From the NCBI GenBank assembly GCA_047495785.1, contig JBLDXI010000064.1:744001-808000 (forward strand): 64,000 nucleotides of DNA, in the 5' to 3' direction. The stretch is from Lepidodermella squamata (taxonomy: Eukaryota; Animalia; Gastrotricha). This document shows positions 26,957 to 36,766 of this stretch, one piece after another (position 1 is the stretch's first letter; every line of letters begins with the position of its first letter). The position numbers were made by a program, and so were the translations under genes. Below the pieces are notes generated by a model, which was given only the letters and a program-made list of their open reading frames with translations, searched no databases and was not told the origin of the DNA.

Positions 26957-27673
26957 ATGTTTGAGGCTTGCCAGAGTCTAGGGCTCAAAATAAATGTACC
27001 AAAAACCAAATTCATGGTTATTAACAAAGGAGATGAAATTGTTGAGCCTTTTATTATTTACAACGAACGACTGGAAGAAGTTAGTAGCTTCACATATTTA
27101 GGTAGTATAATTACCTCAGATGGAGCTTCAAAAAACGACATCAGGGCCAGAATAGAGAAAAGCTGCAAAGCTTTCGGTGCCTTGAAAAAATATATTTTTG
27201 GAAATAAATCTATTCCTATTAGCGTAAAAATGAAGTGTCTTCGAGGTACAGTAGAACCGGTTGCGAAATTTGAGGGTGAAAATTGGACGATGACCAGTGA
27301 GGATGAACGGCGACTGAACGTTTGTCAGATGCGATGCCTACGTAGCATTTGCGGTGTCACTCTGAGAGACAGAGTTAGGAATGATTATATTAGAGAGAAA
27401 TGTGAAACTCAAAAATTATCTTCGATAGTAGCAAGACATCAACTTAGGTGGTACGGCCATGTTGCTCGCATGGACCCCGAACGGCTAACCCACCGAGTAC
27501 GGTATTGGAACGTGCCGGAGGGTTGGAAACGGCCTAGAGGCAGACCTAAGCTAAGGTGGCTCGACTGTATTAAGAAAAATTTGGGGCGGGTGGGAATTCA
27601 AAATTTAGAGGATGCAGATGATCTAGCGAAGGACAGAAATGAGTGGAGGCTGAAAATTCTTAGTCTGGGGTGA
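26957..27673 (+). mobile_element. RTE-like LINE 3' fragment
   Basis: GLKINVPKTK, FTYLGSII, LRWYGHVARM, RPRGRPKLRW. Confidence 0.9.
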
Positions 27674-27763
27674 TGAATATGATTCTTCTCGAGGGTTTTT
27701 TTGCATATTTTGTATTACTGATGAAAAATGATTTCGGGTTGACTAGGATGAAAAATGAGTCAC

Positions 27764-29994
27764 CTTTTGCTTCACAGCTACCAGTCGCAGACCAGCTGCC
27801 GTTTGCCTGGCATTGAATTGTACCCTGGCCAACGAGTTTGAAGCCCGGATTGCACACCAATGTCATCGTGGATAAGTACGCTGTGGATCTGTTGGAGCTA
27901 GCCAAATAGCCGTTACTCAGTACAGGAGCGGGGCCGCAGTCTACATCACACTTATGGAGAATCAGTTAAGAAAAGTTGTTATTACTTACTTAATAGATTA
28001 CACCTGCCATTTATCACCGGTCGAAATGGAGGTACGCACAGGGCGATCGAAACAGAAGACGAATAGTTGTACCCAGGGTTGCATTTCACGCTAACAGCCC
28101 CTCCTCTTTCCACTGCAGCTCCAGGCCTCAGAACTGCGCCAGTATCTTCCGAAGTTTCCGGGTCCACTCGGGTCACAAATCCCGCCGATATGCTTGGTAC
28201 AGGGCAAGACTGCTCGGGTGTGCTCGTCTGGCTGCGAACATCTGCGTTGTCGGAAATCCGATCGAGAACTTTGCAGACTCTGCTGTAGATGCCAGGAATA
28301 TATCCGGTGCAAAACGCATCGCCATTCGAAATTATGCCAAGCAGGTAAATCTGTCTCGATTGCAAACACATGAGAGGGCCGCCAGAATCTCCGAAGCAAA
28401 CGTCGCTGATGCCCTCGGCGGCTAAACACATCTTCGAGTCGGTGATGGTGACAGATTCCGAGCGTATGCGGGAATACTCCATCGAGCAATTTCGGTACGA
28501 TCGAACTCGAAGATCCAGCTTCCTCGGAGTCTCAGATATTATAGCTGAAATATCAGAAAGCATTTTGGCTATGTAACAACACCGGAATTTTCTATATACA
28601 GCATTCATTCGAAAAGGGCTGCATAAACGTCACACCTGCGATTAATCGACGCGAAAGTGTAACTTCGGCATGATTATAAACTAGCAAGAAAGACCATATG
28701 TGAATAATCCGTTTCCAAATCCGATCTCTTTTCTACCTTAGCTTGATCTAAATTTGATATGGGATAAATTTGTACGGGTTCGACCTTACGTAGACAGAAG
28801 GGTAGAGTTAGGACCCAGTCATGCGCATTGTCCATGGATCTTGTCTATCAGATCGATACTAGGTCATAAAAACTGCAATTTTGAACGAATACATAGTCTG
28901 CCTTTTTGATCTAATGCTCTAGGACTACCGGTTACCAGCTGGGCCATGTGGGCCTCAGAAAAATCTCTTCGGACCTGCCTAAGTTTCCCTTCCCTCAAAA
29001 CATCTTTCCGAGCTGGCCGGAATGATTCTTCAAAACCAATCTACACGATACAGCATACCAGTTCAGATTTCTTCATAAGTCTCTAAATTTTACACGTTTT
29101 CATGCACTAGGAAATTTGGGAGACTATTAAAAAATAAATAATATCTAAAAAGATAATTAATACAAAAATAAATAATAATAAATAATCTCTCTCTCTCTCT
29201 CTCCCTCTCTCTCAGCTCTTTCTTAAAAATAAATTACTGTGTACATTAGAACGTCATTTATGGTTGTTCTTTGTACACTATAAACTAAAGTACAGAGGAA
29301 TTTGAGCATACTGCTTTTAAAGTAACCCCAGCCAACTGCAACCGCTGAATCGCATCCGTCAATTGAATTCGCGGTGACAGAGTTGGCTCGGCACATGGTA
29401 GCCGCGTCAGGCAAACAAATCGGTTTGACTTGCTGCGAGAATCTGGGAACTGGGGTCGTCAGTCGCAGCAGAGCAAAATCAAAGTCGTGGAAATTCTGAC
29501 TGCCGTTGTAAAGTGGATGCACCAAAGTGGATGCCACGAGAGATTCGTAAGAGCCAGCCTCAAAACGAACATTGACGTTATGGCGACCAATCAGCGCTTT
29601 GATACTGTAAAAATGAAAAATATTACATCGAACAGGTAGTAAATGAACACTTCCACGAACAAAGTCGGAGTCTTGCCAGCATTCCAAACGCAATGAGCAG
29701 CTGTAATCAGCCATTGCTTCGAGATGAGAGAAGCTCCACAGTAAGACGCTGAAGTTTCGCCACTTTGGTAAATTTCAAGAAAAACCTAGAACAAGCATCC
29801 TGCTTGTTTAGCATTAATATTAAATGGAAGCGAACCAGCCACGGAAACTCGTGCTCTCCTGCTGGTTGACTGCCTGTTGATTTCGCCATTTGTGAAGGGT
29901 TCATGACACCGCATCCGATCGCATTATCTTGAGCAACGACTAATCCAGATACCAGGACAAGAAAGCCGATTATCAAAGCTGTTAGGTAACGCAT
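27764..29994 (-). CDS. Secreted trypsin-like (S1) protease plus CCP domains, unit 1; exons 29994-29836, 29785-29661, 29604-29312, 28544-27990, 27940-27764; third CCP exon not found
   Basis: Signal peptide, TAAHC, DFALL, GDSGGP, two Sushi-like modules; intron phases match unit 2. Confidence 0.8.
29186..29213. repeat. (CT)n microsatellite in protease intron 3
   Basis: Direct reading. Confidence 0.9.
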
Positions 29995-30269
29995 TTTGGA
30001 AACTTTACAAAAAAGCTATGATAAAGCTACAAACAAAGGCTTGATAAATTTTTCTCCATATACGCGTAAACGTGCAGCCTAAGTATTTTGCATATATTAA
30101 GCTTTTATTCGTGTCTTTTTGAATAGTGATATATTACCATCACTATATTACTATTCGTGTTTTTTCTTAGTTTATAATATTGACGGAATACGCAATAGTC
30201 AAAGACCATGTTGGCAATACTCAAACTAGATTATCGTTGAAGATCTCGGAATAGATTGAAAACATCCAG

Positions 30270-30430
30270 TTAATGTTTGCGCTGCAGCTTGGCTATTCTG
30301 AGGTCGGGCCTCGATCGCTTCGCAACCGGCGACTTCAACCAGTACAGCAAAGCGTGTGTTATGATTGTAATAACCGCATCGGTCATAGTTCGCATGCTGA
30401 AACCCGGACTCGTCGATAGCGTCGGCTATG
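30270..30430 (+). pseudogene. GPCR exon-3 remnant (subfamily B)
   Basis: LQLGYSEVGP...GDFNQYS...ITASVIVRMLKPG, homologous to 14760-14890. Confidence 0.75.
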
Positions 30431-30559
30431 CTTAAATGTATCATTCATCACAGATCGCTTCGCTAATTAGATCCCAGTGAACCCTACACTAGAATTTACT
30501 AGAGATAGAACGGTATATATATATCCATATTGGCATTGTGGCCAAGGCTCGAAATCGTA

Positions 30560-30720
30560 GAGCGGAGTTTCTCTCATCTCGAAGCAATGGCTGATAACAG
30601 CTGCGCATTGCGTTTGGAATGCTGGAGAGACTCCGACTTTGTGCATGGAAGTGTTCATTTACCTCTTTGATGGTATATTTTTCATTGGCATAGTATCAAA
30701 GCGCTGATAGGTCGCCATAC
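30560..30720 (+). pseudogene. Inverted protease remnant (exon 2, intron, start of exon 3)
   Basis: SLISKQWLITAAHCVWNAGETPT, then IKALIGRH, on the + strand. Confidence 0.8.
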
Positions 30721-31558
30721 TCCCATTTTGCCTGAAAGTGGATAACTGATGTAGCCATCGCGAGATGTAATTTTCTCAATTTTGTGTGTAACTTGATTGC
30801 CGTTTTTAACTTGAGAAGTCCACACTGAAGAATAGCCTAGAAAAGCCCAGAAAACTCCTAGAAAAAAAGAAGCCTAGAAAAATTGATACTCAGATATTTC
30901 TTTCCGCAGGGATCCCAGAATGTAGTGAGATCTCGGCAACCTTGATGAAGTGGAAGGGCACTAGCGCAGTCGATTTTTGAAAAGAAGCGCATACCGAAGA
31001 ACGTTTAGGTGAGTTCTTCCCATTACTGTGGGTGACACAGTTTTGGAAGCAATATCTTATTGAGGGCGGGCCGGTAATCAATCGTTAGACGTGTTGCATC
31101 CGGGTCAGTTTCAGAGTGCTTACGGACGAGTACCGCGTTTGACTGTTTGCTATCGTTGCGTTTGAGAGCTTGATCAGATCTAGATCCAGCAGATTATCAA
31201 TATGTATTCCAAGTTGCCTGGTTTTCTCCGGCCCCATGAAGGCGAGCCGTTTGTCTCGAGAAGAATTTGAGTGGCAATTTGAGCCTTAGCCTTCAAATAA
31301 AAAGCCTTAGTTTTCTCTTTCGGGCGTGTTCTTGCTAAATCGACATCTCTTTATACATGAGCTGAATCATGAGCTGAATCGAGCCTTCTGCACTTTCCCC
31401 GCCCGCCCAGGTCATATTACCTTGATGAACGCACGCAAACTTCCGGCTGTTTGGCAAACTAAATTTTCTCACATCTGTCTCGGCGATTGCAGTTGCAAGA
31501 AATTCAAAGTCTGAGCAAATGCCGTACAACAATTCAGCGATGGCTAATGGCTAGTGGA

Positions 31559-31890
31559 ATGCCAGGCGGCGGCTGCGTGGAGGCGTACATCGAAGACGGG
31601 GGCTTCGCCACGGTTAGGCAGTACTCCACGATTTGAGCGCCAAATCGGTCGCAGATCGGTTAAACTATATAGTGGCTTGTTCCGAAATTTGGTGTATTGG
31701 AACTGCGATCTCCCCGTTCCATAGTTTAGTAAACCTGATCATCAGCTACTTTTGTCTCGCTGTTCTCTGTTCTCTCTGTGCTCTCTGCAGCTGGCGTCAG
31801 CCCACGGTACGCCACTGCAAATTCAGGCAGATACGCGTGTGCCGCCCTCGAGATGGTTGTCTCTTCGATTTTCAAGTCATTGAATCATTC
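31559..31890 (+). pseudogene. Collapsed GPCR remnant (subfamily C)
   Basis: MPGGGCVEAYIEDGGF, HDLSAKSVADRL, NLIISY, LEMVVSS pieces in order with large deletions. Confidence 0.7.
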
Positions 31891-32487
31891 CCGATGATTA
31901 TAGCATTTTTAACCAGAGACCTGATATCCTTGACTAGAATCGAAGAGAACCCGGGCAGCAAGGAAAAAGTTACATATTACACGTTTGCCTACAAGAACCG
32001 CCAGATATTTTAAGTAAGCATCGAGAAACGCCAAGCCAATGGTCGTTGCCGACGCTGTGACTACATAGTTAAGATGAACGGCAATTTTCTATTTGTTATC
32101 GAATCTATTTTCGCTTATCGTAGCCTGCTATTTTTCGGAGGCCGAACATATGCCACTATTGTCGGCCACCACAATGCCTTGATAACGTCCAACGTCTCGG
32201 CTCAATATTCCGTTTTTCGTTTTTGAGGCTGCTAAATTTCCGACGATTGAGAAGGGCGTAGTTGTTTGGACTAACAAAAAGTATAGAGCGCAATTCACTT
32301 TTGTGATTTTCTTTGTGGACCCAGTGAGTCCACAATTTTCTGATTGGCCGGGTGGTTTGAAGTCTGTGATTGGTTGGTTCAAAAATAAGCACACGACAGG
32401 CATCACCTTTTAAATTTTTTTCTGTGATAGAAATTTCCAAGCTGGGAATATAAGTTGTGTGAATTCCATGGTTCACACTGTGTCCAT

Positions 32488-32559
32488 TGGTTATTGCGCA
32501 TCGGGCGAAGCGTCTGATTAAGGATCAGAAGATTCCTGGTACGCCTCTTGGCAGCTTCT
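32488..32559 (+). pseudogene. Degenerate tRNA-Arg(ACG)-type body with AAG anticodon (left IR)
   Basis: tctga-ttAAGga-tcaga agattcctgg; damaged A and B boxes. Confidence 0.6.
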
Positions 32560-32632
32560 AAATTTTTTCAATCCATACCAGTAATAAGGAAATACGAAAT
32601 TTAGCGGAAATTGACAACTCATCTGCCATAAA

Positions 32633-32705
32633 GCCGAGATAGCTCAGTTGAGAGAGCGTTAGACTGAAGATCTAAAGGTCCCTGGTTCGATCCCGGGACT
32701 CGGCG
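32633..32705 (+). tRNA. tRNA-Phe(GAA)
   Basis: Near-canonical eukaryotic Phe sequence; one D-loop change and one acceptor-stem mismatch. Confidence 0.85.
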
Positions 32706-32776
32706 TATTACGTTTTGCGTCATCTCCGGCCTATACTGATTGGTATACCTGCAGCCCACGATGACTTTACAACGCA

Positions 32777-32847
32777 GGCCCTTTAGTCTAGGGGTATGAT
32801 TTCGCTTCGGGTGGGAGAGGTCTCGGGTTCAATTCCCGAATGGTCCC
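32777..32847 (+). tRNA. tRNA-Pro(CGG), degenerate
   Basis: gtctaggggtatgatt..cgcttCGGgtg..gggttcaattccc, followed by oligo-T; several stem mismatches. Confidence 0.7.
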
Positions 32848-32923
32848 ACTTTTTTTTCTTCATTTTGAATTCCAACAAGCCATTGGAAATTCATCGCATA
32901 ATCTAAGTATTTATCTTCACATC

Positions 32924-32995
32924 TCCTTGATGGTCTAGTGGTTAGGATTCCGCGCTTTCACCGCGGCGGCCCGGGTTCGATTCCCGGTCAGGGAA
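32924..32995 (+). tRNA. tRNA-Glu(TTC)
   Basis: Intact cloverleaf with A and B boxes. Confidence 0.92.
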
Positions 32996-33062
32996 AGTTT
33001 TGCTCTGAAGTTAGCGTTTTGCTGAAATTTAAAATCGCTGGGTCTCGCAAAAAGTCGAGAAA

Positions 33063-33133
33063 AGCTCACGGTGGATTGAACTCTCAATCTTCTGCTTACT
33101 AGGCAGACGCTCTATCACTAAGCTACTCACCTC
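33063..33133 (-). tRNA. tRNA-Thr(AGT), degenerate
   Basis: tctgc-ctAGTaa-gcaga arm, gagttcaatc; poor acceptor stem. Confidence 0.6.
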
Positions 33134-33224
33134 TTGGCTTATATACCGGCCATTCAGGTCCGTATTTTAAATGCGCAAGCTGAAGATTAGGGCAGTTTGT
33201 CTTGTTCTACGGCAAAAAGTATTG

Positions 33225-33297
33225 TGGAGGATACGGGCGTCGATCCCGTTACCTCTCGCATGCTAAGCGAGCGCTCTACCATTTGAGCTAATCCCCC
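33225..33297 (-). tRNA. tRNA-Ala(AGC)
   Basis: gggggattagctcaaatggtagagcgctcgcttAGCatgcgag...; intact. Confidence 0.92.
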
Positions 33298-33384
33298 TTA
33301 CGTCTGAATCAACACCAACGTTAACAAAGCTATTCTATATTCTAAACAATAACGTAAAACTGGCAGTAAGTTTCTAAAAAGCTA

Positions 33385-33430
33385 GCGGCTTCTGGGAGAC
33401 TCGAACCCCCGACTCTGCGATTAATTTGTA
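33385..33430 (-). pseudogene. tRNA 3'-half remnant, isotype unclear
   Basis: gggggttcgagtctccc T-arm, followed by oligo-T. Confidence 0.4.
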
Positions 33431-33534
33431 TACCCGCATCATACTGGAGGACAGAGTTCGATACTCTGCCAGGAAGATAGTTTTTTTCCAAAGTATTGAA
33501 GCTGAACCCTGCGATTTTGCCAAAAATGTACAGC

Positions 33535-33607
33535 CGCCCGATGTAGGGCTGGAACCCACGACCCTGGGATTAGGAGTCCCATGCTCTACCGACTGAGCTA
33601 ACCGGGC
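33535..33607 (-). tRNA. tRNA-Lys(CTT)-type body carrying a CCT (Arg) anticodon
   Basis: gcccggttagctcagtcggtagagcatggga-ctCCTaa-tcccagggtcgtgggttccagc; B-box substitution. Confidence 0.7.
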
Positions 33608-33673
33608 TGAGACTGAGTAGTGTTCACGGCTACATTTCATATTTCCTTACTGGTATTATGGATTAACAAATTT

Positions 33674-33746
33674 CGAAGCTGCTAAGGGGCGAACCAGGAA
33701 TCTTCTGATCCTTAATCAGACACTTTGTCCATTGCGCCACAACCCC
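33674..33746 (-). pseudogene. tRNA-Arg(ACG)-type body with AAG anticodon (right IR)
   Basis: gtggcgcaatggacaaagtgtctga-ttAAGga-tcagaagattcctggttcg. Confidence 0.65.
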
Positions 33747-34719
33747 GCCTTCTTAGTGGAACCATGGAATCCTAACCACTATATAATCATGCCCTAGAAA
33801 TCGCAGAAAAAATCAACTGACGCGTGTCGCGTGCTGTTTGAACCAACCAATCACAGACTTCAAACCACCTGACCAATCAGAAAATTGTGGATTCACTGGT
33901 TCCACTAAGTTAAATTACGACACTACTATTCAATCCTCTCTTTAATTTATCGTGCTATAGTTGTATGTTGTATACTATTTTTGCGAATAAAAATGCTATT
34001 TTCTGATCAGGATTGAATGAATCCTGATTTTTGTAAGGTTACTAGTTTTTTGTTGAATGACGGAGTGACGAACTGACGAAATGACGAAGCAACGAAGAAA
34101 CCATCACCGCCTCAAAAGCTAGCTATTTTTTCATGTCACGTGGGCACGCGCACTTTGATCCTGCAAAACCGAAGTATAATGAAAAAAACCGGTTTTTTCA
34201 CCGGTTTAAACCGGTTTATACCGGTGGGTGGTTTTTTCAACAAAAAAACCGGTCGGTATTATACCATGTCAGAAACTGAACTCGTTTCATGTACGCGAGA
34301 ATAAGCTTTTGGTTTTGTTTAGACAGAAAAGCTTTCTGGTCTGGTCTTGTAAAACTTGGTTTAGATTTAAACCGCTTACCGGTTCCTCGACGTAGTAGGA
34401 CGTAGTAGACGTAGGACGTTCCTGTAGCCGACACAGTACTTAGCTGATGTTGCGCATGATGGTTCATCATCCGGAACCAACACGGCCTCGAAAAACAACC
34501 CATCCTTGATAGTATATAAACCCTGTTAATAATGTTGTCAGATACACAAGTTAGGTAGGTGTTTATAGTATAATAAATCCTGTCAGTTGTTGGAATCCGC
34601 CGTCTCTTGCCTCGACCATTCGAACCCGTTACATTTGTGGGAACTGTAAGTTTCCGATGTTGTATTAGAGCACTGCTTCTAATTTTACAATGCAAATCGC
34701 ACTATTTCTAATTTTGAGT

Positions 34720-36525
34720 TTTTCCACTTAGAACGCGTGCGTTGTTCTAATTAGCGAATTAGAACACGTGCGTTTGATTTTTATTATAGTGCGCGCATTT
34801 TTCTCATTCATAAAACAGCAACGCATTTTTACACACACAAATAATTTTATTTCTACTGCACACACAAAAACGCTGTAAATAACCGAGGCGAAAGCCGAGG
34901 TTACAAAAGGCGAGCGCAGCGATGCCTTTAAATAAAACGAGGCGAAGCCGAGTCTAGTTGTGGAAGGCGAGTGAAGCGAGCCTGAATGAGACGGTGAAAC
35001 GAGTCGAAACAAGAGTGGAACGAGGCGCAGCCGAGTGTAACGAGTGCGGAGACGAGTTTCAACGTTTTCCACTTGTTTAAGTCACTTTTCTGACGGCTGT
35101 TTATTGAACGTAGTATCGCCAAGCAAGAAACTCATTCATAGCGCGGCGCGCTAACCAGCTACTGTATAACTAATGATATGGCACGATGCTATTCTCAATT
35201 ACTATGTTAAAAAAAGCTGAATAAGGAAATAGGAAATAATTTGTGTACATCTCACTCCCTTACTGTATTGACCAAAAACTAAAACAAGTGAAGACTTTAT
35301 AATTTTCTCTCTTGGATGCGCCCTAAGCCCACCAGTGGCCGGCGTTAATTTATATTACAATTTCGAAATAAAACACCCTGCTGCTTCATAGCGCGGCGAG
35401 TGCAAAATTATTGCCCTCAATAAAACACGCGCATACACTATTTGGACAAAAAGATTGGCACAAAGTGAAAATACATTAAAAAATGCCCGTATATTATTTT
35501 GGAGCGGTCTAGGAACAGAAACTGTCCCAAAATGTATATGCGCCATCACGCCTCTTACAAAATCAAACTTTTGACATGAATTCAATCGTCAGGCATGCAC
35601 ACACCGACTAAATTGTGGAATGGCACATGGGTGGAATTTCATGCCTTTCTATAGCCAAAAGGCTAGGTTTGCAGGCAGGTACAGTTTATATAATCTTGGA
35701 ATTATCTAAAAACTCAAGGTAATAAAGGGCAATACTAGTCCTGAGTGCCCCATGAAGTTTGCTGACCCGGCTGTGCGTCTACTCGCCCATGAGGCGCGGT
35801 CGCACTAAAGAGGTTGTCAAATGCAGAGCTGGTTGGTAGGTTCTATGGTGAATATTTCCTATCTTTGCCATGCTGTAGCCTACATTATACCGCCTATTGA
35901 GCCTGATTTAAGTTTATCTCGAACTGCAAAAGGGTCATCACACCCAAGAAAACGACATATCCATTGAAAAGTGGAGCCCAGAGCATTGAAAGGCAACCAT
36001 AAGGAACCTTCCGACCAGCTTTGAAGTCGGCAATCTTCTGTTCAACCGCGCCTCGCGGGTGAGTCGACTCACGGCACTACGCACACACCAGTGTTAGCAA
36101 TAATGCGAGCTTTGCAAAACTAGCACGAATTTCGCATTACTAATTGCAGCGATTTCAGTAAATTGGCATCGCTCTATAACGTGGTAATGCTTACGCTGAG
36201 CTGGGAATGTTCGGCAAGGTACTAGTTGACGCACACTTGAAGCAGGAAATGTGATTAAAATGAGGTGTAAAAACTCGTACTTAGTCCCTGAAAATTAGAA
36301 GCCGTGCTCTAATAATGTTAGCTCACTCGTTTAGATCCTAATCTCGAAAACGCTCCCTCTCGTAAACTTCGACTCGAGAAAAAAATCGCGCTCCACTCGG
36401 CTGCGCCTCGTTCCGCTTGCTCGTTTTTCACTCGTCTTCGTTTACTCGAAATTATTAAAAAATCCGCCATAACGGCGGATTTTTTTCTAATTACGCGTTT
36501 TCTCGATTAGAATCTAAACTCGGTG
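34720..36525. repeat. Unclassified interspersed non-coding element (shorter copy at 48612-49110)
   Basis: Shared blocks gagtggaacgaggcgcagccgagtgtaacgagtgcggagac and agtccctgaaaattagaagccgtgctctaataatgttag; internal inverted motif at ~36395. Confidence 0.65.
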
Positions 36526-36766
36526 CTCTAACATATATTATAATTATTATTGTCTATGCTTTCGACATTGAAACCGCAGATTTCCTCGGTGCAGCGCGGT
36601 AGCAACAGCACGTATTCATAGGTGTCAGGGAAACATAATAAAAAACATGCTGCTGAATCGGCACAGACACTCAGAGTGAATATAAAAAGGAACGATTTTT
36701 CTTTGCGCTTGTTTTGCAAACATTATCGAATAGAAGAAATGAGTTATTTGAGTGATTCCGCTGGTT

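Larger units (their letters stand above)
32315..33905. mobile_element. tRNA cassette bounded by ~280-300-bp inverted repeats (32315-32610 and 33632-33905)
   Basis: tccacaattttctgattgg...ggtggtttgaagtctgtgattggttggttcaaa occurs at the left end and as its reverse complement at the right end. Confidence 0.65.

Noticed and set aside
36457-36487. Hairpin plus T-run resembling a rho-independent terminator
   Set aside because: Part of an interspersed repeat in eukaryotic DNA; a partial copy lies at ~49047
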